Source of the DNA: Candidatus Buchananbacteria bacterium RIFCSPLOWO2_01_FULL_39_33
GTDB taxonomy: Bacteria; Patescibacteriota; Patescibacteriia; 2-01-FULL-39-33
NCBI GenBank assembly: GCA_001817505.1
Contig: MHIM01000004.1
Location: forward strand, 6,953 to 70,952
Reading direction: 5' to 3'
DNA length: 64,000 nucleotides
In this document: in pieces, positions 47,250-56,062 of the stretch
Position numbering within the stretch: position 1 is the first letter of the stretch
Layout of the letters: each line of letters begins with the position of its first letter
Notes under the pieces: model-generated
What the model saw: the letters and a program-made list of their open reading frames with translations, nothing else
The model's database searches: none
Told to the model about the DNA's origin: nothing
Made by a program: the position numbers and the translations under genes

Positions 47250-48449
47250 TCAATTTATTTTAACAACACCGCTTCTTAAAACAATAATTTTATCATCTTC
47301 TATTTTTATCAGAGTTGAGGGTTCTGATTCTAATTTACCCTGGCCAAGGTAGAAATCTACAGTATTGCTAAAATACCTTTTAGCTTGCTTAATGGTTAAA
47401 GCCGGCTGTCGTCCTTCAGGATTAGCGCTGGGCGCTACCAGCGGACCGGTTTTTTTAAGCAGAGTTAAGAGCCACTGGTTATTAGGCAATCTAAAAGCCA
47501 AAGAATTAGTGCCACGATGCAAGTATTTTAATTTTTTATTGACTGATAGAACAATGCTAATTTGTCCTGGCCAATATTTCTGGAGAATTTTTTTGGTTGG
47601 TAAATCAATTTTTACTCCAAATTTTTTTAAGTCAAATAAAGAACTGATTAAGATAATAAATGGCTTGTCTGGTTTTCTTTTTTTGATTTTATAAATCCTC
47701 TCAATTGTTTTTTTATTTTCTGCCAAGCCGACTAAGCCGTAAAGAGTGTCGGTGGGCATAACGCCAACACCGCCATTTTTTAAAATTTTAATTTGCTGAT
47801 TCAAATATCTTTTAGCCAGATCATTAAGATTAACAACATCACCGGCTGTAAATTGTCCGACTCTGATTCTTTTTAGGCCGGTTAAATAACCGCCAACTCC
47901 CAAATCTTGACCGATATCCTTGGCCAGCGACCTGATATAAACGCCCGGACCAGTAACAACTTTTATTTTTAAATTAGGATATTGATATTTTAAAATTTTA
48001 ATATTTTTGATTTCTACCGGTCGAGATTTTAATTCAATCACTTGGCCGGCTCTGGCTAATTTATAAGCCCGCTGACCGGAAACTTTAATGGCGCTGTAAG
48101 CCGGCGGAGCTTGTTTGATTATACCAGTAAATTTCTTTAAAACATTTTCTACTTCAACTTTATGAACTTTATGAACTTTCAAACTTTTAACTTTCTGGCC
48201 TTCCCCATCATCGGTACTGCTGGTTAATCCCAGTTTTATATCAGCCAAATATTCTTTCTCTTTTTTGACTATTTGGCTTAATTGTTTGGTGGCTTCTCGC
48301 CCCAAACCCACGACTAAAATACCTTCAGCTAAGGGATCAAGTGTGCCAGCGTGACCAACTTTCTGTTCACCAGTAAGTTTTTTTATTTTAGCCATCAAAG
48401 CAAAAGAAGTCGGGCCTTGGGGTTTATAAATTGGAAAAATATTATTCAT
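47250..48449 (-). CDS. truB: tRNA pseudouridine(55) synthase TruB fused to a threonylcarbamoyl-AMP synthase (TsaC/YrdC-like) domain
   Basis: N-terminal half IYKPQGPTSFALMAKIKKL...GHAGTLDPLAEGILVVGLG is TruB. C-terminal half MPTDTLYGLVGLAENK...VAPSANPEG is the YrdC/Sua5 fold. Confidence 0.7.
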   Translation of the reverse strand: MNNIFPIYKPQGPTSFALMAKIKKLTGEQKVGHAGTLDPLAEGILVVGLGREATKQLSQIVKKEKEYLADIKLGLTSSTDDGEGQKVKSLKVHKVHKVEVENVLKKFTGIIKQAPPAYSAIKVSGQRAYKLARAGQVIELKSRPVEIKNIKILKYQYPNLKIKVVTGPGVYIRSLAKDIGQDLGVGGYLTGLKRIRVGQFTAGDVVNLNDLAKRYLNQQIKILKNGGVGVMPTDTLYGLVGLAENKKTIERIYKIKKRKPDKPFIILISSLFDLKKFGVKIDLPTKKILQKYWPGQISIVLSVNKKLKYLHRGTNSLAFRLPNNQWLLTLLKKTGPLVAPSANPEGRQPALTIKQAKRYFSNTVDFYLGQGKLESEPSTLIKIEDDKIIVLRSGVVKIN

Positions 48450-48562
48450 ATGAGTTGATAAAATAACTGGCCTTAATCTTTTATTTATTGACTAATCTTT
48501 TTATTTGCTGTAATCTTGACTTAGCACCTTGACTATAATCAAAACAGCCAAAGGAGCATAAA

Positions 48563-48895
48563 ATGGTTATGGACTGTCGTCCTGATTACGAAGTTTGCGA
48601 TTGCCAGTGCCACCGCTTTCCTGGCTTTGAACACATTATAAATTGTTGCAATAACTGCCCTTATTGCCACCGTAATATCAAAACATTTTTCTTTGATGAG
48701 CATGTGGTTGAATGCGCTCAAAAAGCATCGGGATTATTGTGTATCTCAGACAGTGAGCTCTGCGACTGTGAATACCACCAATTGCCAGCCCATTGCCGGC
48801 CACCTTGCTGTATGGAATGCCCTTATTGCAAACTGCACATCAAAAAAACCAGTTTAACAAAGCATTTAGAAAAATGCAGCAAAAATCGGCAATAA
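48563..48895 (+). CDS. small Cys/His-rich protein with an internal tandem duplication (putative zinc-binding)
   Basis: Good SD (aaaggag) upstream. Two repeats of E-x-CDC-x-[CY]-H-x-[FL]-P...CC-x2-CPYC-x3-IK...H..E/K-C. GC-richer than its surroundings. Confidence 0.5.
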   Translation: MVMDCRPDYEVCDCQCHRFPGFEHIINCCNNCPYCHRNIKTFFFDEHVVECAQKASGLLCISDSELCDCEYHQLPAHCRPPCCMECPYCKLHIKKTSLTKHLEKCSKNRQ

Positions 48896-48971
48896 GCGCC
48901 TCAAATTATTTGAGGCCTTTTTATTTACCCCGTTAGATAGGTAATTACGTTGCCAAAAAACTCCTTTCAGT

Positions 48972-50150
48972 TTATTTAACAGGGTTAACAATACTAAATC
49001 TTTTTCTTCTCCTTTGGCAGCTGGCGGCATTGCCGAAACGATGCGCTTCGTCCCGGACTTTTACCAGCATTATTCTTTGCGATTGCGCCAATTCCCTGAC
49101 GGCCTGGCTCATTTTATCAGGGAACACCATTCTATCACCAGCGAATTTAGAAAGACCGATAATCGGAATATTGAGATGGAGATCACGAAAAATTTTACTG
49201 ATATAATCAATTTGCGGTCGTCCGCCGTCAATTAAAATCAAATTAGGCCATGGCCATTCCTGGTGCTTGAATCTCCTTCTGATCATTTCTTCCAAAGCCC
49301 GCAAATCATCATTTTTGGGAGCTTCTTTGATGTTGAATAAGCGGTATTCATCCTTAGCTAACTGGCCATTAATGGCTACCGACATAGCGCCAATCGTTTC
49401 TTGACCGGTCAGATGGGAAATATCATAACCCTCAATCCGGTTTTTGACAGCCCTGGCATCAACTTCATCTTGGGTAATTAAAGTCACATCCTGGATATTT
49501 TTAAGTAGGCCGGCTAATTTCGGATTGTCTTTCTTTAATTTTTTCACTAACCTTTTCTTTTGGCCTTTGAATAATAAAACTATATTTTGGATATTTTCCT
49601 GGTAATCTTTCTGGGTAATTTCGCCAATACAAGTTCCTGGACAAAGCCCGACTTGATAATCAAAGCATGGCCGGCCTGAATTAGGCAGGCAAGTGCTGTA
49701 AGGAAAAACCCGTCGGATAATCCTTAAAGTATTTTTGAGCAAGGTGGCATTCTGATAAGGGCCGAAGATATGCACTTGGTTAGTAGGAAATTTATTCAAT
49801 TCCCGTTCGCGAACAATAATCGGATAAGCATAAGCTTTTTTAGAAATCACCACAAAAATAAAAGACCGCTGGTCTTTGTCTTTGACATTATATTTCGGCC
49901 AATGCTTTTTTATCAGATTGGCTTCCAAAATCACCGCTTCCAAGACAGTATCGGTTTTTTTATGCCTGATGCTTTTAGCCAAAGATACCATTTCAGCTAT
50001 GCGAGAATCAATATCTTTCCTAAAATACTGCAAGACACGTTTTTTCAAGCTGGTCGCCCGGCCAATATAAAGAATCTCGCCCTTTTGGCCGATGAACATA
50101 TAAACACCTGGAGATAATGGTAATTTAACTGCTTTTTCTTTCAAATTCAT
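48972..50150 (-). CDS. uvrC: excinuclease ABC subunit C, short form (GIY-YIG plus RNase H-like endonuclease domains)
   Basis: PGVYMFIGQKGEILYIGRATSLKKRV is GIY-YIG. C-terminal LILIDGGRPQ...IIGLSK...VRDEAHRFG. Only 392 aa; UVR and (HhH)2 regions are not apparent. Confidence 0.7.
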   Translation of the reverse strand: MNLKEKAVKLPLSPGVYMFIGQKGEILYIGRATSLKKRVLQYFRKDIDSRIAEMVSLAKSIRHKKTDTVLEAVILEANLIKKHWPKYNVKDKDQRSFIFVVISKKAYAYPIIVRERELNKFPTNQVHIFGPYQNATLLKNTLRIIRRVFPYSTCLPNSGRPCFDYQVGLCPGTCIGEITQKDYQENIQNIVLLFKGQKKRLVKKLKKDNPKLAGLLKNIQDVTLITQDEVDARAVKNRIEGYDISHLTGQETIGAMSVAINGQLAKDEYRLFNIKEAPKNDDLRALEEMIRRRFKHQEWPWPNLILIDGGRPQIDYISKIFRDLHLNIPIIGLSKFAGDRMVFPDKMSQAVRELAQSQRIMLVKVRDEAHRFGNAASCQRRRKRFSIVNPVK

Positions 50151-50257
50151 GATTATCTTTTAGTTTATTTCAGATAAAAAAATAATTTAATATTGATAGA
50201 CATTTTATTTTCATAATTAAATAAAAATTGCTATAATTTAATATTAAGGAGGGTGCA

Positions 50258-50449
50258 ATGATGGCGCTAATACATGACATATTATGGGCTGTCGGTTTAG
50301 CTCTAATGATAATGAGTGCTGGCTATGGTCTTAAATTATTCCAAGCAAGTCATAAAATTAAAATTCCAATTTACGTCGTCTTAATATTCATAGCCGGAAT
50401 TGTTATGTACCTTATCAGCTTCTTTTTACCAATCCCTATTGTACGCTAA
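50258..50449 (+). CDS. hypothetical small membrane protein
   Basis: 63 aa with two hydrophobic helices. Confidence 0.25.
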   Translation: MMALIHDILWAVGLALMIMSAGYGLKLFQASHKIKIPIYVVLIFIAGIVMYLISFFLPIPIVR

Positions 50450-50876
50450 TAGGGATTTTTTATCTTAAAAGTGTTCATTAAATATATTTTACCATAATCT
50501 ATTGACAATATTTTAATATTTGATAAGCTATTTACAGATTGTATTAGCGTAGTTTATTTCATAAATAAATTTAACCAGCCGATTAACAGAACACCAATCA
50601 AAACCAGGGAAAGGGAAGGTGGCTATAATGGAAGAATATGAGAATCCAGCAGGTCCTGAGGCCGACATAATCCGAAAAATTGGCGAGCAAAGAGGATTGC
50701 GAGAACCTGATCTTCAAGAACAACTTAGACGACTTCTTAGAGAAAATCAAGGACTTAGAGAAGAAAACAAGAAATTACGAAAAGAAAAATAATTCCAAAA
50801 AAATCCATAAAAACACGCTAACGCAACCAGCCAGTGAAAAACCCTGTCAACAGGAAAATATCACTGGTTTTTATTT

Positions 50877-53624
50877 TTATTTCAAATACTCTTTCAAATA
50901 TTTGCCAGTCACGCTTTTGTCATTATTTATAATTTCTTCCGGCGTGCCTTTAGCCACTAAGTAGCCGCCTCGATCCCCGCCTTCAGGTCCCAAATCAATC
51001 ACATAATCGGCAGCATGGATAATATGCATATTGTGTTCAATCACCGCAATGCTGTTTTGCCTGTCAATTAATTTGTTCAAAACTTTAAGCAGCAGCTCAA
51101 TATCATGGTAATGCAAACCGACTGTGGGCTCATCCAATAAATATAAGGTCTTGCGTCCTAAAGTATGAGTTAATTCTCTGGCTAATTTTATCCTTTGGGC
51201 TTCACCGCCGGAAAGTGTAGTGGCACTCTGGCCTAATTGCAGATAACCCAAACCGACTTCCTGCAAGACCTTCAATTTGTCGGTAATCTGATAATGGCTG
51301 TCAAAATAACCGATGGCTTCATCGATAGTTAAAGCCAGAACTTCGGAAATATTTTTGCCTTTATATTTGACTTGCAAAGTCTCGCGATTGAATCTTTTGC
51401 CGTGGCAGACCTCGCATTCAACTGTGACGGCTGGCAAGAAATGCATTTCTATTAAATTGGAGCCGGCGCCAGCGCAGGCCTCGCAGCGTCCGCCCGGCCG
51501 GTTGAAGGAAAACCGAGAAAGCGTATAACCGCGTTCGCGCGATTCCGGCAACAGCGCAAAGAATTCCCTGACGGGAGTAAAAATACCGGTATAAGTGGCT
51601 GGGTTGGAACGTGGCGTTCGGCCTATGGGCGACTGGTCAACTACCACCACTCGATTAATATATTCCGTGCCTAAAATTTTGGCGACATCTTCCAGTTCTC
51701 TCTTTCTGTAATCCTCTCCTGCCCGAAAAGAGGTGGCACGAAATGCCGAAGAGGTAGGAGCAGCCAAAGGCGGATTAGCTTTTATTTTTTGGACATTCTT
51801 ATATAAGACATCATAAAGCAAAGATGACTTGCCGCTGCCGGAAACGCCAGTCAGGCAAACCATTTTCCTAAGCGGTATATCAACTTGAACATTTTTCAAA
51901 TTATTAGCTCGGGCGCCGATAATCTTAATGGCCTCGCTGGTGGCAGTACGCCGGTGTGAAGCCGTTTCAATTACCCTTTCACCCCTTAAATATTCCAGAG
52001 TTAATGATTTTTGGGGATTATTTTTTTTGAGCAGTTCTTGAGTTTCACCAATAGCCACCACTTGCCCGCCCTGACTGCCGGCCAACGGCCCTAAGTCAAC
52101 AAAAAAATCCGAGGCCCTGATAGTTCTTTCATCATGCTCAACGATAATCACCGAGTTGCCCTGCTCTTTTAAGGATTTTAAAGTTTTAATCAATCTTTCC
52201 GTGTCCCGTTCATGCAAGCCGATTGTCGGCTCATCCAAAACATATAAAGTTTTGGACAAGTGCGAACCGATTTGCGAACCTAATCTTATCCTTTGCGCTT
52301 CGCCGCCCGATAGCGTTTCAGCTTCGCGGCTAAGCGATAAATAATTAAGTCCCACTTGCAATAAAAAATCCAAGCGGTCCGCAATTTCTATGACAACATT
52401 TTCGGCAATGTCTTTTTGTCTCGCGGTCATTTTATTATGGTAAGTAATAAAAAAGTCATAGGCCTGTTCAATAGATATAGCACTGACCTGGGCGATATTT
52501 TTGCCGCTCACTCTGACCGATAATGACTCCGGTCTTAACCTCTGGCCTTCACAAGCCTGACAAAGCTCAACAGCTTTTTCATATTGGTTCCGATACTCGC
52601 CGACTTCCTGGCCTTCTTCAGCCAGTTTCTTTTTATTTTCCCATAATTCCAATTTACCTAAGCCGTGGCATTTTTCGCAGGCGCCATGCGGGCTGTTAAA
52701 AGAAAATAATCTTGGCTCAACTTCCGGAAAAGCGAAACCGTCATGAGGACAAGTCCAATTAGATGAAAGTAGAAATTCTAATGTTATCCCCTCCTTACCA
52801 AGGAGGGGTTTCGGGGTGGTTGCCGAAATTTTTGGCCAACCCTTCCCTGCCTCCCTTTGGTAAGGGGAGGATTTTATTTTCTTCCCCTTAGTAAGGGGAG
52901 AATTATTATTAAATAAAGCAACTACCAAACCATTAGTATAATTAATGGCATTTTCCACCGCTTCCGATAATCTACTTTCATCATTAATCATCACTTTATC
53001 TATAACAATATCAATACTATGTTTGCTGTGTCTGGCTAATTTTACTTTTTCATGAAGAGAATGAAATTTACCATCAATTCTAGCTTCGGAAAATCCCAAA
53101 TTAAGATAATCATAAAGCAACTGGTAATACTCGCCTTTCCGATCAACTACTACCGGAGCTAAAATCGTCACATATTCTTCATTTAATTCTTTGGCCCGGT
53201 TTTTAATGATATCAATCATCTCATCCAGCGCCAGTTTATCAATTTTGCGGCCGCATTTAGGACAATAAACTTCTCCCAGCCGGGCGTATAAAACACGCAG
53301 ATAATCATAAATCTCCGTCAGGGTGCCGACAGTAGAACGCGGATTATGCGAAAGAGCTTTTTGGTCAATGGAAATAGAAGGCGCCAAGCCAATTATTTCA
53401 TCAACATCAGCCGGCTTCATCTGGCCCAAGAATTGTCTGGCGTAAGGCGAGAGTGATTCAATATAACGCCTCTGGCCTTCGGCAAAAATAGTATCATAGG
53501 CCAGCGATGATTTACCGCTGCCGGAAACGCCGGTAAAAACCACCAATTGGTTATGGGGTATGGCCAAGTCAACATTCTTTAAATTGTGCACCCGCGCCCC
53601 GCGGATGGTTATCTGATCTTTCAT
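50877..53624 (-). CDS. uvrA: excinuclease ABC subunit A with an in-frame repeat-derived insertion
   Basis: Two ABC modules (GVSGSGKSSL, LSGGE), the zinc-finger region and EPRLFSFNSP. A 38-aa segment PLTKGKKIKSSPYQREAGKGWPKISATTPKPLLGKEGIT is encoded by the palindromic repeat just before zinc finger 2. Confidence 0.9.
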   Translation of the reverse strand: MKDQITIRGARVHNLKNVDLAIPHNQLVVFTGVSGSGKSSLAYDTIFAEGQRRYIESLSPYARQFLGQMKPADVDEIIGLAPSISIDQKALSHNPRSTVGTLTEIYDYLRVLYARLGEVYCPKCGRKIDKLALDEMIDIIKNRAKELNEEYVTILAPVVVDRKGEYYQLLYDYLNLGFSEARIDGKFHSLHEKVKLARHSKHSIDIVIDKVMINDESRLSEAVENAINYTNGLVVALFNNNSPLTKGKKIKSSPYQREAGKGWPKISATTPKPLLGKEGITLEFLLSSNWTCPHDGFAFPEVEPRLFSFNSPHGACEKCHGLGKLELWENKKKLAEEGQEVGEYRNQYEKAVELCQACEGQRLRPESLSVRVSGKNIAQVSAISIEQAYDFFITYHNKMTARQKDIAENVVIEIADRLDFLLQVGLNYLSLSREAETLSGGEAQRIRLGSQIGSHLSKTLYVLDEPTIGLHERDTERLIKTLKSLKEQGNSVIIVEHDERTIRASDFFVDLGPLAGSQGGQVVAIGETQELLKKNNPQKSLTLEYLRGERVIETASHRRTATSEAIKIIGARANNLKNVQVDIPLRKMVCLTGVSGSGKSSLLYDVLYKNVQKIKANPPLAAPTSSAFRATSFRAGEDYRKRELEDVAKILGTEYINRVVVVDQSPIGRTPRSNPATYTGIFTPVREFFALLPESRERGYTLSRFSFNRPGGRCEACAGAGSNLIEMHFLPAVTVECEVCHGKRFNRETLQVKYKGKNISEVLALTIDEAIGYFDSHYQITDKLKVLQEVGLGYLQLGQSATTLSGGEAQRIKLARELTHTLGRKTLYLLDEPTVGLHYHDIELLLKVLNKLIDRQNSIAVIEHNMHIIHAADYVIDLGPEGGDRGGYLVAKGTPEEIINNDKSVTGKYLKEYLK
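52788..52915. repeat. GC-rich modular palindromic repeat inserted in-frame in uvrA
   Basis: Successive palindromes cccctccttaccaaggagggg, tttcggggtggttgccgaaa, cctccctttggtaaggggagg and tcccctta-gtaagggga. Confidence 0.65.
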
Positions 53625-53763
53625 TTGAATTAATAAATTTTGAATTATGAATTTTTAATCAATTTTGAAATTTTAATTTTGAATATAATTTTTATTTTTA
53701 TTAAAAATTAAATCATTAAAAAAATAAATCATCAAAAATTTATTCGAAATTAGAAATTAAAAA

Positions 53764-55746
53764 TTAGTTATTTTTCCCAATATCCAATAACTCTTCAATC
53801 TCTTTTTGGATTGTTTTAGGCGTGATTTTGTGCTTCTTGTTATAAACCAACTGCAACTGCCTCCGCCTGTCCACCACTTCCATCGCCCGCTTCATTGAAC
53901 CGGTCTTTTTATCGGCATATAAAATGACTTTGCTTGAGACATTTCTGGCGGCTCGGCCCATGGTCTGGATCAGCGATTCCTCGCTGCGCAAAAAGCCCTC
54001 ACGGTCGGCATCCATAATCGCCACCAGTGTCACTTCCGGCAAATCCAAACCCTCGCGCAGCAGATTAACGCCAACTAAAATATCAAACTGGCCTTCTCTA
54101 AACTCTCGTAAAATTTCCGTCCTTCTGAAAGTTTTGACATCACTATGCAGGTAAGCGGCTTTAAAGCCGTTCTTTTGCAGATAAGAATCCAGGTCTTCGG
54201 CCATTTTTTTAGTTAAGGTGTTAACGATGACTCGGCCGGTTTGAATATCTCCCCTCCTTTCCAAGAAGGGGCTGGGGGTGCCTGCTTGCCGGTAGGCAAG
54301 GTTGACCGAAGATTTCGGCCAACTCCTCTCTATCTCCCCTTGGTAAGGGGAGAATTTTATTTGTTTTCCTTTAGTAAGGGGAAGAAAAACTATTTTTTTC
54401 AACTCTTTGATCAAATCATCAACTTGGCTACGATTAGTTTTCTTGTCGTAAACTGAACGGATTTCAATCGGCGGATCAATTAAACCGGTCGGACGAATAA
54501 CTTGTTCTACCACTTTCTTGGAATGGCTGATTTCCCAAGCGCCGGGAGTAGCCGAAGTAAAAATCGTCTGGCCGATGCGCTTTAAAAATTCCTCAAACTT
54601 CAACGGTCGATTATCCAAAGCGCTGGGCAGTCGCCAGCCATATTTGATTAGGTTCTCTTTTCTGGCTCGATCGCCCTCATACATGCCGCGCACCTGCGGC
54701 AAACCGATATGCGACTCATCCATAATCAAAAGAAAATCTGGCCGGCTTTTTTTATCTTTAGGGAAATATGACAAGAGCGAATCAGGCGCTTCACCGGCCA
54801 ATTTGCCCGTCAGATGCCGGGAATAATTTTCAATGCCATGGCAATAGCCCAAACTCCTTAACATCTCCATATCGTATTTGGTGCGCCTCTCCAATCTTTC
54901 GGCTTCCAGATACAAATTATTTTTGGCAAAAAAATTTAATCTGTCTTTTAATTCAACTTTAATATCTTTGATGGCCCGTTCAATTTCCGGCTTAGTGGAA
55001 ATAAAATGCTTAGGCGGAAAAATAATTATATCTTTCAGGTCTTTAATGATGCGTCTGGTGATTTTATCAACTAGGCCGATATCAGAAACTTTCTGCTCGC
55101 TTAATTCTAACCGGTAAATAACTTCTTCGGCCGCCGGCATAATTTCAAAAACATCGCCCCGCACCCGAAAATGCCCGCGTTTCAACTCGCCTGGCGTTCT
55201 GGCAAATTGCATCTTAACCAATTGAGAAATCAGATCTTTTCTGACAATCGGCTGGCCGATGGATAAATGAAGCGAGGATTCGGTATAGCTGACCGGCAAA
55301 CCCAGGTTATAAATGCAGGAAACTGAAGCCACGATTATGACATCGCGCCTGGTTGAGAGAGCAGTTGTCGCCTGATGGCGCCAGCGGTCAATTTCTTCGT
55401 TGATCATCGCTTCTTTTTCTATATAAGTATCGCTTGATGGCATATAGGCCTCGGGCTGATAATAATCGTAATAAGAAACAAAATAATTAACGCTGTTTTT
55501 GGGGAAAAAATTCTTGTACTCGCGGTAAAGCTGGGCAGCTAAAGCTTTGTTTGGCGCCATTACCAAAACCGGCCGATTGAAATGCTCTATCACTTTGGCC
55601 ATAGTAAAAGTTTTGCCCGAACCGGTAACGCCCAAAAGCGTTTGAAAATCATGATTTTTTTTCAAACTGCCGATTAGCTCTTTGATGGCCTGCGGTTGAT
55701 CGCCGGCTGGAGCAAATTTGGATTTTAATTGGAATATTTTTGTCAT
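53764..55746 (-). CDS. uvrB: excinuclease ABC subunit B with an in-frame repeat-derived insertion
   Basis: FAPAGDQPQAI, GVTGSGKTFT, and helicase motifs through LLREGLDLPEV and GRAARN. A roughly 50-aa segment FLPLTKGKQIKFSPYQGEIERSWPKSS...RRGDIQT is encoded by the repeat. Start set at MTKIFQ to avoid overlapping the tRNA. Confidence 0.9.
   Translation of the reverse strand: MTKIFQLKSKFAPAGDQPQAIKELIGSLKKNHDFQTLLGVTGSGKTFTMAKVIEHFNRPVLVMAPNKALAAQLYREYKNFFPKNSVNYFVSYYDYYQPEAYMPSSDTYIEKEAMINEEIDRWRHQATTALSTRRDVIIVASVSCIYNLGLPVSYTESSLHLSIGQPIVRKDLISQLVKMQFARTPGELKRGHFRVRGDVFEIMPAAEEVIYRLELSEQKVSDIGLVDKITRRIIKDLKDIIIFPPKHFISTKPEIERAIKDIKVELKDRLNFFAKNNLYLEAERLERRTKYDMEMLRSLGYCHGIENYSRHLTGKLAGEAPDSLLSYFPKDKKSRPDFLLIMDESHIGLPQVRGMYEGDRARKENLIKYGWRLPSALDNRPLKFEEFLKRIGQTIFTSATPGAWEISHSKKVVEQVIRPTGLIDPPIEIRSVYDKKTNRSQVDDLIKELKKIVFLPLTKGKQIKFSPYQGEIERSWPKSSVNLAYRQAGTPSPFLERRGDIQTGRVIVNTLTKKMAEDLDSYLQKNGFKAAYLHSDVKTFRRTEILREFREGQFDILVGVNLLREGLDLPEVTLVAIMDADREGFLRSEESLIQTMGRAARNVSSKVILYADKKTGSMKRAMEVVDRRRQLQLVYNKKHKITPKTIQKEIEELLDIGKNN
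54249..54392. repeat. GC-rich modular palindromic repeat inserted in-frame in uvrB
   Basis: cccctcctttccaagaagggg, cttgccggtaggcaag, ctccccttggtaaggggag and ttagtaagggga. Clearly related to the uvrA copy, including the encoded PLTKGK.IK.SPYQ peptide. Confidence 0.65.
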
Positions 55747-55748
55747 AG

Positions 55749-55822
55749 TGGGCATATCCCGATTTGAACGGGAGACCTTTCGGATGTGAACCGAATGCTC
55801 TAACCAGCTGAGCTATATACCC
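55749..55822 (-). tRNA. tRNA-Val (anticodon CAC), no encoded CCA
   Basis: Reverse complement reads gggtatatagctcagctggttagagcattcggttcacatccgaaaggtctcccgttcaaatcgggatatgccca. Cloverleaf with a 7-bp acceptor stem and anticodon loop ttCACat. Confidence 0.8.
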
Positions 55823-56002
55823 TAAAAAATTTCTAATTTATAATTTTTAATTTCTTCAGGCCAGAAGCAGATCCCATCCCCAATTTCCTATTTCTTATTT
55901 CTTCTTTCTAAATATGCAAAAACGGCCGAGTGGTACGGCTTATGGGGGTAAGCATTAATCTGTAAGGGGTATCTTATAATAAAAATAATGTTTTAGCAAA
56001 TA

Positions 56003-56029
56003 AAAAAGCGAATACTTGGTGTATTCGCT
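56003..56029 (-). terminator. rho-independent terminator downstream of the Ubl operon
   Basis: The minus strand reads agcgaatacaccaagtattcgct followed by a T-run. Confidence 0.45.
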
Positions 56030-56062
56030 GTAATTTGAACTTGAAAAAAGTACGATTAAAAA

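Noticed and set aside
50680-50964. 94-aa plus-strand ORF
   Set aside because: Its C-terminal half overlaps the uvrA 3' end in another frame, and the upstream 55-aa frame (50628..50795) has the better start context.
53764-55755. uvrB start at 55755, overlapping the tRNA-Val 3' end by 7 nt
   Set aside because: The second Met (MTKIFQ, 55746) matches the E. coli UvrB N-terminus and avoids the overlap.
55749-55822. tRNA-Val as an integration site (attachment site) for the Ubl island
   Set aside because: The operon lies on the 5' side of the tRNA, and no integrase or direct repeat of the tRNA 3' end was found. Kept only as a compositional observation.
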